Shown here: positions 27,104-39,098 of the stretch, piece after piece
Layout: each line of letters starts with the position of its first letter
Position numbering within the stretch: position 1 is the stretch's first letter
Source: Clostridia bacterium
GTDB taxonomy: Bacteria > Bacillota > Clostridia > Oscillospirales > CAG-272
NCBI GenBank assembly: GCA_017461055.1
Contig: JAFTZI010000189.1
Coordinates: 1 to 60,641, forward strand
DNA: 60,641 bases
Reading direction: 5' to 3'
The notes under the pieces: generated by a model
Databases searched by the model: none
The model's input: the letters and a program-made list of their open reading frames with translations, nothing else
Told to the model about the DNA's origin: nothing
Made by a program: the position numbers and the translations under genes

Positions 27104-28351
27104 TTAAAAATGATAAATATCATCCTCAATTTTCAAAAGTCTGTTATATTTTGCAACTCTGTCCATTCGGCAAGGCGCGCCTGTCTTAATAAATCCTGCA
27201 TTTGTAGCTACCGCAATATCAGCTATTGAAACATCATCTGTTTCTCCGGAGCGATGAGAAATAACGGTTGCATATCCCTTGCTTTTAGCCTTGAAGATAA
27301 CATCAAGTGTTTCCGTTAAAGTACCGATTTGATTAGGCTTAATCAAAATTGAATTTCCCATTTTTCTGTCAAAGCCAAGCTGTAACCTCTTACTGTTTGT
27401 TACAAATAAATCGTCACCTACAAGCATAACGCTTTTTCCAAGGTTCTTAGTGATTTCCTCCCAACCGACATAGTCCTCCTCGCCTAATGGGTCCTCAATT
27501 GATATAATTGGGTATTTGTTTACCCAAACAGACCATTTATCTATCAAATCATCGGTTGTATATATCATATCAGCCTTTGGAAGCTTATACTTTTGATTTC
27601 CTATCCACCATTCACTTGATGCAATATCAAGAGCAATTTTTACCTGATTTGTGTTATACCCGGCAGATTTGATAGCTTCAATTATTAACTCAATTGCTTC
27701 CTCATCGTTGCTTAAATTTGGGGCAAAACCACCCTCATCACCAACAGATACAGAATATCCGTTGCGCTTTAATAAATTTTTCAGCTCATTATAAATTTCG
27801 CATCCTGCGCGTAGCGCATCGGCAAATATCTCAAAACCACAGGGAACTATCATAAATTCTTGAATATCAATATTGTTAGATGCGTGAGCGCCACCGTTTA
27901 AAATATTCATCATAGGAATAGGCATTTTTGATGCGTAGATACCGCCGAGATACCTGTATAGCGGTAATCCCAGCTCTTTTGCATTTGCCTTAGCCAAAGC
28001 CAAGGAAACAGCCAATGTGGAATTGGCGCCTAAGCTTTTCTTGTTGTCTGTGCCATCTAATGATAACAGCTTTTTATCAATGCCGCGAACACTTGCGCTT
28101 TTGCATCCGACAAGCTCAGGACCAATTATCTTATTGACATTTTCAACTGCCTTTAAAACGCCCTTACCAAAGAATCTTTTATTGTCCTTGTCACGAAGCT
28201 CTATTGCCTCAAAAATGCCTGTGGAAGCACCTGACGGAACAGATGCAGTGCCGCGATGTCCTCCGCACAGTGTAACTGTTGCCTCCACCGTCGGCATACC
28301 TCTTGAATCAATAATTTCTCTTGCCTTAACAGAATGTATTCTTGCTTTCAT
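27104..28351 (-). CDS. eno: Enolase (phosphopyruvate hydratase)
   Basis: [45 protein letters not shown]. 415 aa. Confidence 0.93.
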   Translation of the reverse strand: MKARIHSVKAREIIDSRGMPTVEATVTLCGGHRGTASVPSGASTGIFEAIELRDKDNKRFFGKGVLKAVENVNKIIGPELVGCKSASVRGIDKKLLSLDGTDNKKSLGANSTLAVSLALAKANAKELGLPLYRYLGGIYASKMPIPMMNILNGGAHASNNIDIQEFMIVPCGFEIFADALRAGCEIYNELKNLLKRNGYSVSVGDEGGFAPNLSNDEEAIELIIEAIKSAGYNTNQVKIALDIASSEWWIGNQKYKLPKADMIYTTDDLIDKWSVWVNKYPIISIEDPLGEEDYVGWEEITKNLGKSVMLVGDDLFVTNSKRLQLGFDRKMGNSILIKPNQIGTLTETLDVIFKAKSKGYATVISHRSGETDDVSIADIAVATNAGFIKTGAPCRMDRVAKYNRLLKIEDDIYHF

Positions 28352-28408
28352 ATATTCTCCTTATAATAAATTTGTTGTTAGTATTTACAAAAAAGAGAAT
28401 TATAAACA

Positions 28409-28440
28409 AAAATGAGCCGATAAAAATAATCAGCTCATTT
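28409..28440 (-). terminator. Intrinsic terminator of the AI-2E transporter gene
   Basis: The minus strand reads AATGAGC-loop-GCTCATT followed by TTTTGTTT. Confidence 0.6.
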
Positions 28441-28474
28441 CATTTTTATTAAGTGGGACTTAAAGGAAAGGGCA

Positions 28475-29887
28475 TTATACCTCGCCTTCCTTACTTTTTG
28501 CGTCAACCTCTTCGTTGATACCGTCAAGGGCTTCGTGTAACACCTTTTCAACAACCTGTTCCTTGATTTCCTGTATAACCTCTTCCTTAACAGTAGCAGC
28601 CATTGCCGCCTCGGTGTTGTCAATTTGCTCCTCTGCTTCAAGTGCGAATCTTGCTTTCGCAAAGTTTTCATCATCGAATATATCACTAATGCGATAATAT
28701 TCAGGCTGGGTAGGCAAGTGCTTTTTCTTAAGGTTTTTCTCAATATAGCGAGAAATGTAATAAGAAACAACTGCACAAAGCGGAACACCGATTACCATTC
28801 CGACAAAGCCGAATACGTGAGAAGTAAATGTAACTGCTGCAATAACTCCGATAGGAGTCAAGCCTGTTGAAGCTCCGTGAATATGAGGAGCAATTAGGTT
28901 ACCGTCAACCTGCTGTAAAATAAGAACAATTGCTGTAAAAATAATTACCTTGAATATATCACCCGTTGCAATTAAAATAAGCAAGGCAGACGGAACAGCA
29001 CCGATAAACGGTCCAAAGAAAGGAATTATGTTGGTAACACCGCAGGTAACAGCGATAAGCGGAGCAAAGGGGTACTTGAATATAGCTAAAATGACAAACA
29101 TTATTATGCCAACCAATGTAGAATCCACAATTGCACCCAACATATATCTACCAAAGGTTCTGTCTGTATATCTGCCAAAATCAACAACCTTTCTGTAGCC
29201 GCCTTCCTTTAAGAAGGCACATAAAACTCTTTTTAATTTAGCAATAATGTTTTCCTTGTAAAGAAGAAAATAAATTGATAGAATAAAGCCAACTATGATG
29301 TAGAATATTTGGTTAACAAAAACAGTACCGATGCTTAAAAGATTATCAAGAACAAAAGAAAGAATAGAGCCGAGTACTCCTTCACCTGCAGTCGGAGATA
29401 AGAAATCAAAGATTGAGCCCATAATATCATCCGGCTTAATGGAAGGTATAGTTTTGGATAGCTTTTCTAAAACATTATCAATCCAAACATTAAAGTCTGC
29501 AATGTAGTCGTCAATGTTAACAATAAGGTTTCTGATGTTAGAAACGATATTCGGTATGATAGCAAGAAGCAAAAGAGAAATGATAGCAATGAAAATAACA
29601 TAGGTAAGCACTACCGAAAGACTCTTTCTTAACTTTGGACGAGCCTTCTTTTTTTCCACAAATTTAAAAACATATTTGTGCAGCTTCTTATAAATCGGAT
29701 TACAAATATATGCTATGATAAAGCCATAAACGAAAGGAAGCATAGCAGTAACTACGCCCTTAACCCAGCTTGATATTGTCCCAAAATTGGTAAGCACCCA
29801 AATCAAAGCAATAGAAGCTGCAATTACTAAGAAAGCATATATGGCAATAGCAAAATAATTGTCATTTTTCTTGAATTTTTTAAACAT
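28475..29887 (-). CDS. AI-2E family transporter (UPF0118/PerM-like) with a C-terminal cytoplasmic extension
   Basis: About 8 TM helices. A conserved G/P-rich block (NIIPFFGPFIGAVP) is typical of AI-2E/YtvI-type permeases. Confidence 0.75.
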   Translation of the reverse strand: MFKKFKKNDNYFAIAIYAFLVIAASIALIWVLTNFGTISSWVKGVVTAMLPFVYGFIIAYICNPIYKKLHKYVFKFVEKKKARPKLRKSLSVVLTYVIFIAIISLLLLAIIPNIVSNIRNLIVNIDDYIADFNVWIDNVLEKLSKTIPSIKPDDIMGSIFDFLSPTAGEGVLGSILSFVLDNLLSIGTVFVNQIFYIIVGFILSIYFLLYKENIIAKLKRVLCAFLKEGGYRKVVDFGRYTDRTFGRYMLGAIVDSTLVGIIMFVILAIFKYPFAPLIAVTCGVTNIIPFFGPFIGAVPSALLILIATGDIFKVIIFTAIVLILQQVDGNLIAPHIHGASTGLTPIGVIAAVTFTSHVFGFVGMVIGVPLCAVVSYYISRYIEKNLKKKHLPTQPEYYRISDIFDDENFAKARFALEAEEQIDNTEAAMAATVKEEVIQEIKEQVVEKVLHEALDGINEEVDAKSKEGEV

Positions 29888-29989
29888 CGAGTAGCTCCTG
29901 ACAAATTTAACTGTATATAAATTTTATAACAAAAAAATCATTAAGTCAATATAAAAAACAAAAAAATATAAAATATTTATCAATTTGTA

Positions 29990-30025
29990 AAAAAATAGAG
30001 CATATCAAAAGGCTTGATATGCTCT
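29990..30025 (-). terminator. Intrinsic terminator of guaB
   Basis: AGAGCATATCAA (29997-30008) pairs with TTGATATGCTCT (30014-30025). The minus strand continues with ATTTTTTT. Confidence 0.8.
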
Positions 30026-30037
30026 GAAATTTTAAAA

Positions 30038-31546
<1,509 letters not shown>

Positions 31547-31552
31547 TTAATA

Positions 31553-31581
31553 ATTATAGACCAAAATTCTTAATTTGTCAA
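31553..31581 (-). promoter_or_regulatory. Consensus sigma-A promoter for guaB
   Basis: The minus strand reads TTGACA, 17-nt spacer, TATAAT. Confidence 0.7.
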
Positions 31582-31597
31582 CAAAAAATGTGACAAA

Positions 31598-32479
31598 TTA
31601 AACGGTTTTACACAAAAAAGCATTAATTGAACAATTTTTAAGTTTTTCAAGAGCATTCTTTTGTGAATTTTCATCTATAAAAATTCCAAAAACAGAAGGA
31701 CCGCTTCCACTCATAAGAGTGCCCAATGCTCCGCATTGCAGCATGATATCTTTAATTTTTTGTACGTTTGGGTTTATTGGAATAATAACTTCCTCAAATT
31801 TGTTATAAAGGTTCAATGCAACATTCTCGATGCTTTCACTCTCAATTGCTTCAATAATATCGCCAAGACCTTTAGCATTTATATTATCTGTTCCGTATTT
31901 TTCGTCAAGTAAGGAAAATGCAAACGGTGTAGAAACCGAGGAATAATCAATTGCGGAAACAAGATAGACATTCTTAAGGCTCTTGAGCCTTGTTATATCT
32001 TCGCCGATTCCCTTGCAAATGCAGGTGCCTCCCGTAAGACAGAAGGGAATATCGGCACCGACAGCAGCGCCCAGCTTACACAATTCATTTAGATTAAGCA
32101 AATTGCCACACGCTTCGTTTATCAGCTTAAGAGCGGTTGCTCCGTCACTGCTGCCACCTGCCATTCCGGCTGCAATAGGAATATTCTTTTCTATTGCGAA
32201 GATACATTCTTTTCCGCAAGTATTTGTATGCTTCAAGAATCTGTCAACGCATTTATATACCAAATTTGTTTTGTCTGTTGGAACAGAATTATCGCTTGAA
32301 ACAATTTTAATTACATTTTCGTCAGTGTCAATATCACTGATTTCAAGGGTAATTACATCAGCTAAAGAAACGCTTTGCATAATTGATTCAATGTTATGAT
32401 AACCGTTTTCCATACGATTCAACACATCAAGGTGCAGATTGATTTTACCGTAGGCCAAAGCTTTATATGTCATACTCAT
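31598..32479 (-). CDS. ispE: 4-diphosphocytidyl-2-C-methyl-D-erythritol kinase
   Basis: AYGKINLHL N-terminus and GHMP kinase motif PIAAGMAGGSSDGA. Confidence 0.9.
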   Translation of the reverse strand: MSMTYKALAYGKINLHLDVLNRMENGYHNIESIMQSVSLADVITLEISDIDTDENVIKIVSSDNSVPTDKTNLVYKCVDRFLKHTNTCGKECIFAIEKNIPIAAGMAGGSSDGATALKLINEACGNLLNLNELCKLGAAVGADIPFCLTGGTCICKGIGEDITRLKSLKNVYLVSAIDYSSVSTPFAFSLLDEKYGTDNINAKGLGDIIEAIESESIENVALNLYNKFEEVIIPINPNVQKIKDIMLQCGALGTLMSGSGPSVFGIFIDENSQKNALEKLKNCSINAFLCKTV

Positions 32480-34986
32480 TTTGCATCAAACCAGTTGTTG
32501 CCAACTGCAACATCGGCAGTTAGCGGAACTAAAAGCTCTATGGCTTTTTCCATTTCTGTTTTTAATATGCTATATGCTTGCTCACAGCAATTCTTGTGAG
32601 CTTCAATTATCAGCTCGTCATGTACCTGCAAAATCAATTTCGCATCAATTTGCGCCTCTTTTAAAGCCTTGTGAACATTAATCATAGCAATTTTTATAAT
32701 GTCTGCGGCAGTTCCCTGTATAGGACTGTTCATTGCGGCTCTTTCACCAAAGGCTTGCATATTTTTATTGCTGGAGGCAAGCTCGGGAATGTATCTGATT
32801 CTTCCAAACATTGTTTTGGCATAGCCGGCTGCTTTCGCTTCTTCAATTAAGGAATTAATAAAGCGATGAACGTCAGGATAGGTCAAAAAGTAAGAATCTA
32901 TATAGCTCTTTGCTTCCTTGTTTGTAACGTGTAAATCCTTAGATAACGAGAAAGCACCAATACCGTAAACAATACCGAAATTAACAGCTTTGGCTCTTTT
33001 TCTTAAGTCACTTGAAACATCTTCCGGCAAAACACCGAATACTTGGGATGCGGTCATTGTGTGTATATCGGCACCGCTGCGAAAGGCGTGTATCATGTTT
33101 GCATCCTTAGACATATGCGCAAGCACCTTTAGCTCAATTTGTGAGTAGTCGGCATCAATTAAAGCATACTCGTCACTTTTGGTAATGAAATACTTTCTCA
33201 ACGCGCGACCCAAATCGGTTCTTATAGGAATGTTTTGTAAATTCGGCTCAGTTGATGATAATCTGCCGGTAACAGCAACAGTTTGATTAAAGGTAGTGTG
33301 TACTCGTCCGTTTTCATCAGCTAATTTGGTAAGACCCTCGCAGTAGGTATTATTGAGCTTAACAACCTTTCTGTATTCCAATACCTCACTTACAATCTCG
33401 TACTTGTCAGCCAAATCCTCAAGCACATCAATGCTTGTGGAATATCCTGTTTTTGTTTTCTTTCCGTGTGGCAAGCCAAGCCTTTCAAAGAGAACCTCTC
33501 CTAATTGCTTTGGAGAATTTATGTTGAATTCTTCACCCGAAAGCATATAGATTCTTTGCTTAAGCGCCTCTGCCATTTCGCTAAGATATTGAGAATAGCT
33601 GCTTAAGCCGCTAACATCTACTCTGAAGCCCTCTTTTTCCATAGATGAAAGAACATAGGCAAGAGGTATTTCGATATCTGTCAAGATGTGTATAGTCTTG
33701 TCCCTTTCAAGCCTTTCCTTCATTACCTTGTAAAGAGAATATATTATCTGCGCTCCGTGCTTTTCCTCAAAGGCAACATCTAAATAGTTTATTGCTAAAT
33801 AAGAAAGAGCATAGGTAGAATCAGAAGGAGAGATTACATAACCCGCAAGCATTGTATCAAACACGCATTTAATTTCAAAATCCTTTAAAAGTGTTTTTAC
33901 GTCATGACAAATTACAGGTGTGTCCTTCAAAAACTCTTTTGCTTCATTTGTATCGCAAACAAAGCTTTCGCCGCTTGAAGTATAAACATAGAGCTTGTCA
34001 TCAAAGAAATGCACTGCACAAGGCTCATTACTTGCATCATCGGGAAGTCCGTTTTTAGAATTGTCAACAAACTCCATTGTTGTGGAGGTGGCAGGCTCAT
34101 CTTGAACAGCAAAAATAGGTGCTTCCAAGGTGTCAAGATTAAATTTTTTAATCAAAGAGCCGAATTCAAGCTTAACAAAGGTAGCACGAAGATTTTGTGC
34201 ATTAATTCCCTTGTATTCAAAATCACTTAAGCTTTTCTCAATAGGAGCATCGAGAACAATTGTAGCTAAAAACTTGGATGTAAAAGCCATTTCCTTACCG
34301 TTTTCAAGCTTGGTTTTCATTCCCTGTGAAAGGGAAGAGCCTTCGTATTCCTTATAAAGCCTTTCAAGGCTTTCAAATTCCGAAATTAGCTTAAAAGCAC
34401 CCTTTTCCCCAATGCCGCTAACACCTGGAATATTATCGGAGGAATCGCCCATTATTGCCTTAACATCGATATATTGAGTAGGAGTAACACCGTATTCTTG
34501 AGTGAATTTTTCCTCGTTATATACAATATCCTCCTTGGTTTTAACAAGGACAACAGATGTGTTACCGTTAATGAGCTGTAAAGAGTCCCTATCTCCGGTT
34601 AAAATGTATGAATGAACGTCGTCATTTGTCATACGGCTGACAGTACCTATTACGTCATCGGCCTCATAGCCCTCAAGCTCAACAATATTAAAGCCGAGAA
34701 GCTTAACACATTCCTTTGCGTACGGTAGCTGTTGAGCTAAATCCTCAGGCATAGGCTTTCTGTTAGCCTTGTAGAAATCACAAGCACGATGTCGGAAAGT
34801 CTTTGCCTTTAGGTCAAATGCAATAACGGCGTAATCGGGCTTTATGTGGTCAAGATGCTTTTTTAAAATGGTCATCATGCCAAAAACCGCATTTGTAGGT
34901 ATGCCTTCCTTAGTAGTTAATGGACGAATACCGTAATATGCACGGTTTAATATACTGTTTCCGTCAACAATCAATAAATTTTTCAT
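32476..34986 (-). CDS. polA: DNA polymerase I
   Basis: 5'-nuclease N-domain (LLIVDGNSILNRAYY). Pol motifs A (DYSQIELKVLAH), B (RKRAKAVNFGIVYG) and C (QVHDELI). Overlaps ispE by 4 nt. Confidence 0.95.
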   Translation of the reverse strand: MKNLLIVDGNSILNRAYYGIRPLTTKEGIPTNAVFGMMTILKKHLDHIKPDYAVIAFDLKAKTFRHRACDFYKANRKPMPEDLAQQLPYAKECVKLLGFNIVELEGYEADDVIGTVSRMTNDDVHSYILTGDRDSLQLINGNTSVVLVKTKEDIVYNEEKFTQEYGVTPTQYIDVKAIMGDSSDNIPGVSGIGEKGAFKLISEFESLERLYKEYEGSSLSQGMKTKLENGKEMAFTSKFLATIVLDAPIEKSLSDFEYKGINAQNLRATFVKLEFGSLIKKFNLDTLEAPIFAVQDEPATSTTMEFVDNSKNGLPDDASNEPCAVHFFDDKLYVYTSSGESFVCDTNEAKEFLKDTPVICHDVKTLLKDFEIKCVFDTMLAGYVISPSDSTYALSYLAINYLDVAFEEKHGAQIIYSLYKVMKERLERDKTIHILTDIEIPLAYVLSSMEKEGFRVDVSGLSSYSQYLSEMAEALKQRIYMLSGEEFNINSPKQLGEVLFERLGLPHGKKTKTGYSTSIDVLEDLADKYEIVSEVLEYRKVVKLNNTYCEGLTKLADENGRVHTTFNQTVAVTGRLSSTEPNLQNIPIRTDLGRALRKYFITKSDEYALIDADYSQIELKVLAHMSKDANMIHAFRSGADIHTMTASQVFGVLPEDVSSDLRKRAKAVNFGIVYGIGAFSLSKDLHVTNKEAKSYIDSYFLTYPDVHRFINSLIEEAKAAGYAKTMFGRIRYIPELASSNKNMQAFGERAAMNSPIQGTAADIIKIAMINVHKALKEAQIDAKLILQVHDELIIEAHKNCCEQAYSILKTEMEKAIELLVPLTADVAVGNNWFDAK

Positions 34987-35259
34987 TATTCATTACCACT
35001 CTGTTCGTTAAGTGCTTTTTCTATTGCAACAGCAAGCTGGTCAGCACAGGAGGTCTGCTTAAATCCACATTTATTTCCCTTAAGTATGGAAATGAGCTTT
35101 TCTGCCTCCATACCCTCAACAAGTCTGGAAATCGCCTTTAAATTTCCGTTGCAGCCACCCATAAATGTAACATTGGAAACTATACCGTTTTCAATTTCAA
35201 AATTAATTGTAGAAGCACAAACACCTCTTGTTTTGTAAGTGTAAACCATAAAAACTCCT
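34986..35259 (-). CDS. TIGR03905-family TSCPD-domain small protein
   Basis: GVCASTINFEIENG...VTFMGGCNGNLKAISRLVEGM...GNKCG...TSCADQLA. Start placed at ATG 35259 after AAAGGAG. Stop and polA start overlap by 1 nt. Confidence 0.8.
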
Positions 35260-35361
35260 TTATTTACAAAAAAGTATAGAATTTTCGTATAAAGTGTGCT
35301 AAAATACACATTAAATACTAATCATACCAATATTTTAACAAAAAAAGAGGAAAATATCAAT

Positions 35362-36102
35362 ATGAGAATGAAAAAAAAGAAATTTGCAAATGAAAGATTG
35401 CAGCTTTTGGGTGAGCTTTTGGTCACCGACTTTATTGGATTTATAGAGGACAGGGACGATATTTATGATAGCATAGCTCCATTAAGAATTGAAATTGGCT
35501 GTGGCAAAGGCGATTTTATCAAGGGAAAATCCGTAAAAGAGCCGGATTATTGCTATCTTGCAATAGAAAAAATTCTTGATGTCTGCGTGTTGGCGGTAGA
35601 AAACTATGCAAAATCAAGAAATATGGGTGATTTAGCATCAAATGGCGGCTGGCAAACCCGTGATGGAGTTGTACACCCCTTGGGAAGCGAAAGCATTCAT
35701 TTTGAAAATGAAGAGCTTGGAAATGTACGCTTTGCAGTTGGAGATGCTAAGGATTTAATCAGATACTTACCTGATAATTCAGTCGATTCGATTTATATAA
35801 ATTTCTGCGACCCTTGGAGCAAAAAGGGACATACAAAGAGACGACTGACATATATCGAGTTTTTAAAGATGTATTCAAGAGTGCTAAAGCCAAACGGAAG
35901 GCTGTATTTTAAAACAGACAACAGACCCTTGTTCGATTTTTCATTGGAAGAAATCGAAAAGTCTCCATTTACACTTGAATATCATACCTTTGACTTGCAT
36001 AATTCGGAAATGAACAGCGAAAATATAGAAACAGAGTATGAACGCAATTTTAGCGCCAAGGGCTTTTCTATAAACATGCTGATAGCAAAAAATAATAAAT
36101 AA
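35362..36102 (+). CDS. trmB: tRNA (guanine-N7)-methyltransferase
   Basis: IEIGCGKGDF SAM motif and FCDPWSKKGHTKRRL, the TrmB signature. Start at ATG 35362 after AGAGGA. Confidence 0.88.
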   Translation: MRMKKKKFANERLQLLGELLVTDFIGFIEDRDDIYDSIAPLRIEIGCGKGDFIKGKSVKEPDYCYLAIEKILDVCVLAVENYAKSRNMGDLASNGGWQTRDGVVHPLGSESIHFENEELGNVRFAVGDAKDLIRYLPDNSVDSIYINFCDPWSKKGHTKRRLTYIEFLKMYSRVLKPNGRLYFKTDNRPLFDFSLEEIEKSPFTLEYHTFDLHNSEMNSENIETEYERNFSAKGFSINMLIAKNNK

Positions 36103-36109
36103 AAAAGTC

Positions 36110-36135
36110 ACGCAAAATTCTTTAACCATATAATA
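36110..36135 (+). promoter_or_regulatory. Possible sigma-K-type promoter for dpaAB
   Basis: CATATAATA (36127-36135) fits the sigma-K -10 pattern CATA-N3-TA. An AC lies upstream, but the 15-nt spacing is shorter than the 16-17 nt I would expect. Confidence 0.3.
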
Positions 36136-36178
36136 ATATTGAGAAGAAATTCTCAAATTTTAGCGTTAAGGAAAAGCG

Positions 36179-36922
36179 ATGAAAATTTGTATTGTATCAA
36201 GAGATAAAAGATATATTAGGGTTAATGAGCTATTATATGAAAAGGGATATGATTCTGCATTATGCGCACAGGATGAAATCCCGCACTGTGATGTGCTGAT
36301 ACTTTCTGTGCGTGATGAGTTAACAGACATAGAGCTTAAGAACATGTTTTCCCATTTAAGCAATAAAGCTGTTGTATTATGTGGGAACGCGCAGAGAATC
36401 AAACAGTTTTTTGGCGGTAATGTTATTGACTATTCATTATACGAAAGCTTTTTGATGAAAAATGCCTATCTTACTGCCGAAGCTGCGGTATCATACCTGC
36501 ATAGCTTGACACAGGAATCTATCAATGGTAAGAGAATATTTATTTCAGGGTACGGTCGTATAGGAAAAGCCCTGAGTAAGATATTAGCAGGCTTAGGTGC
36601 AGATGTTTGCGTGTATGCAAGGCGTAACGAAACAAAAATGCTTGTCAGAACGGATGGCTATTTAAGTGTTAACCTTGAAGATTGTATAAATCATCAAATA
36701 ATCATTAATACTGTTCCAAATATAATTTTCCAAAATGAGCTTATAGATCGTATACCTAATGATGCCTATATTATTGATTTGGCATCTTCCCCCTATGGCT
36801 TTGAAAATATGCAACGTGTACACACAGCTTCGGGCTTACCGGGAAAAGTGCTGTCAAAAAGTGCAGCAATGGCAGTTTTTGATACAATATTAAGCATACT
36901 TTCCTCTACGGGAAAGGAATAA
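36179..36922 (+). CDS. dpaA: Dipicolinate synthase subunit A
   Basis: Rossmann motif ISGYGRIGKALSKILAGLGADVCVYARR. Followed at 2 nt by dpaB. At 247 aa it is shorter than the Bacillus protein. Confidence 0.8.
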   Translation: MKICIVSRDKRYIRVNELLYEKGYDSALCAQDEIPHCDVLILSVRDELTDIELKNMFSHLSNKAVVLCGNAQRIKQFFGGNVIDYSLYESFLMKNAYLTAEAAVSYLHSLTQESINGKRIFISGYGRIGKALSKILAGLGADVCVYARRNETKMLVRTDGYLSVNLEDCINHQIIINTVPNIIFQNELIDRIPNDAYIIDLASSPYGFENMQRVHTASGLPGKVLSKSAAMAVFDTILSILSSTGKE

Positions 36923-36924
36923 AT

Positions 36925-37485
36925 ATGATAGGTTATGCTTTTTGCGGCTCCTTTTGTACACATAAAAAGAGTGTAGAAGAGCTGAAAAAACTGAAAGCTA
37001 AGGGTTATGAAATCTTACCGATAATGAGTAACAATGTGTTTGAAACAGATACTCGCTTCGGCACAGCTGAGGAGCTGATAAAAACAGTCGAAGAAATTAC
37101 TGAAAACAAAGTGGTTCACACAATAGTTGATGCCGAACCGTTAGGGCCGAAAATATCACTCGATGCATTAATTGTATCTCCCTGTACCGGTAATTCGCTT
37201 GCTAAGATTGCAAGAGGTATAACAGACACATCGGTTACGATGGCAACCAAGGCACACTTAAGGTCGGACAGACCTACCGTGCTTGCTCTTTGCTCCAATG
37301 ATGCACTGTCTGCAAATTTACAAAATATAAGCATATTATTAGAAAGGAAGAATGTTTTCTTTGTTCCAATGAAGCAGGATGATCCAAACGGAAAGCCGCA
37401 TTCCTTAGTATGTGACTTTTCCTTGCTTGACAAAACATTGGAAGGCGCTATGAAGGGAAAGCAAATACAGCCCTTATTTATTTAA
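36925..37485 (+). CDS. dpaB: Dipicolinate synthase subunit B (flavoprotein family)
   Basis: IGYAFCGSFCTH...LPIMS...VSPCTGNSLAKIA is the typical SpoVFB/flavoprotein signature. Confidence 0.88.
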   Translation: MIGYAFCGSFCTHKKSVEELKKLKAKGYEILPIMSNNVFETDTRFGTAEELIKTVEEITENKVVHTIVDAEPLGPKISLDALIVSPCTGNSLAKIARGITDTSVTMATKAHLRSDRPTVLALCSNDALSANLQNISILLERKNVFFVPMKQDDPNGKPHSLVCDFSLLDKTLEGAMKGKQIQPLFI

Positions 37486-37497
37486 ACGGGAGACAAA

Positions 37498-39000
37498 ATG
37501 AAAAGAATTAGAAAGTTTTTTACCAGTAGAATGATAGCTACTGCTTTGGATATTTTAATACAGCTTGCAATCATAATTGTACTGCTGGTATATTTTGACG
37601 GAGTTTTTGTATACTATTATTCCGTTTCACTGATTCTTTCCGTATTGTGCTGTATCGAGGTCATAAACAGAAATATAAATTCCGGTTATAAAATTTCTTG
37701 GATTTTAATGTTGCTTGTCTTTCCTATGTTTGGCTTAACCTTGTACGTAATGCTTGAGGGAAGCTGGTACACCAAGCAGACCAAAAAGAAAATGCTCAGT
37801 ATAACTGAACGAATTAAGGATGGCTTATCAAAGGATGATGATATAGTGCTTGATTCTGCAAGTGCTAACAAGCAATCGAAATATATTGAAGATTTTGCGT
37901 ATTCACCGCCTGTAAAAAATACAAGAAGCAAATACTTTAAGTCGGGAGAGGGATATTTTAATTCATTACTACAGGACTTAAACAAAGCAGAAAAATCAAT
38001 TTATTTAGAGTATTTCATCATAAAAGAAAGTCATATGTGGGATGAAATAAAGAAAATTCTTATTCAAAAAGCAAGCCAAGGCGTTGATGTAAGAGTAATT
38101 TATGATGATTTCGGAAGCATAGACCGTATCAGCAAAAAGGAGATTAGAAGCTTAAAATCTATGGGCATTAAAATAAAGAGCTTCAATCCCTTTGTGCCCG
38201 CTATCAGCTTACTGCTGAATTATCGTGACCATAGAAAAATTTGCACCATTGATACTAAAATAGCATACAGCGGTGGGGTAAATTTAGCTGATGAATATAT
38301 CAATAAAGAAATACGCTTCGGACATTGGAAGGATTCAGGAATTGCACTTTACGGAGAGGGCGCATATAGCTTAGAGGTATTTTTTCTTACCCTTTGGGAA
38401 TATATTACAAAAGAAAAGCAGAAATTATCTAAGCCACAATATGAAGAGCTTAATGAGGGGATTTATCAGCCATATACAGACAGTCCGATTGATAAAGAAA
38501 ACGTCGGTGCCAATGTGTATATGAACATAATTTCCCAAGCGCAAAGCTATGTATATATAAGCACACCTTATTTCGTAGTGGATGATGAAATGCTCAAAAC
38601 TATAACCAATGCTGCCAAAAGCGGCGTTGATGTTAGAATAGTTGTGCCTCATATTCCCGATAAAAAAACAGTAAATCAAGCTACAAAATCGTATTATACA
38701 CAGCTAATAGAGGCAGGCGTCAAGGTGTATGAATATAAGCGCGGCTTTAACCACTCAAAGATTGTAATATCTGATGATAAAATAGCAACCGTGGGAAGCG
38801 TAAACTTTGATTACAGAAGCTTTTTCTTGAGCTTTGAGTGTGGCGTTTGGATGTATAATACAGACACTGTTTTAGATATGCTCGAGGATTATAATGAGCT
38901 ATTAAAGGACAGCATAAAAATTACGATTGAAGATTGCAAGGTACCATTTATTGTAAAAATATTTCGTAGAATTATAGCGGCGTTTGCGCCATTATTTTGA
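37498..39000 (+). CDS. cls: Cardiolipin synthase (PLD superfamily)
   Basis: Two N-terminal TM helices and two HKD motifs (HRKICTID...GGVNL; HSKIVISD...GSVNF). Confidence 0.9.
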   Translation: MKRIRKFFTSRMIATALDILIQLAIIIVLLVYFDGVFVYYYSVSLILSVLCCIEVINRNINSGYKISWILMLLVFPMFGLTLYVMLEGSWYTKQTKKKMLSITERIKDGLSKDDDIVLDSASANKQSKYIEDFAYSPPVKNTRSKYFKSGEGYFNSLLQDLNKAEKSIYLEYFIIKESHMWDEIKKILIQKASQGVDVRVIYDDFGSIDRISKKEIRSLKSMGIKIKSFNPFVPAISLLLNYRDHRKICTIDTKIAYSGGVNLADEYINKEIRFGHWKDSGIALYGEGAYSLEVFFLTLWEYITKEKQKLSKPQYEELNEGIYQPYTDSPIDKENVGANVYMNIISQAQSYVYISTPYFVVDDEMLKTITNAAKSGVDVRIVVPHIPDKKTVNQATKSYYTQLIEAGVKVYEYKRGFNHSKIVISDDKIATVGSVNFDYRSFFLSFECGVWMYNTDTVLDMLEDYNELLKDSIKITIEDCKVPFIVKIFRRIIAAFAPLF

Positions 39001-39007
39001 CATAATA

Positions 39008-39038
39008 CAGACCTAACTTTAAATTAGGTCTGTTTTTT
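39008..39038 (+). terminator. Intrinsic terminator of cls
   Basis: CAGACCTAA pairs with TTAGGTCTG, followed by TTTTTT. Confidence 0.8.
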
Positions 39039-39049
39039 GTTAAAAATAG

Positions 39050-39078
39050 TTGACAAAATGGAATATATATGTTACAAT
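39050..39078 (+). promoter_or_regulatory. Sigma-A promoter for the small XRE regulator operon
   Basis: TTGACA, 17-nt spacer, TACAAT. Confidence 0.65.
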
Positions 39079-39098
39079 TGCAACGGGAGGAGTGGAAA

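Noticed and set aside
27104-28351. Enolase is about 15 aa shorter than typical; considered as a truncated pseudogene
   Set aside because: All catalytic and metal-binding blocks I can recognise are intact, and the ORF ends with a normal C-terminal helix followed by a hairpin. There is no evidence of disruption.
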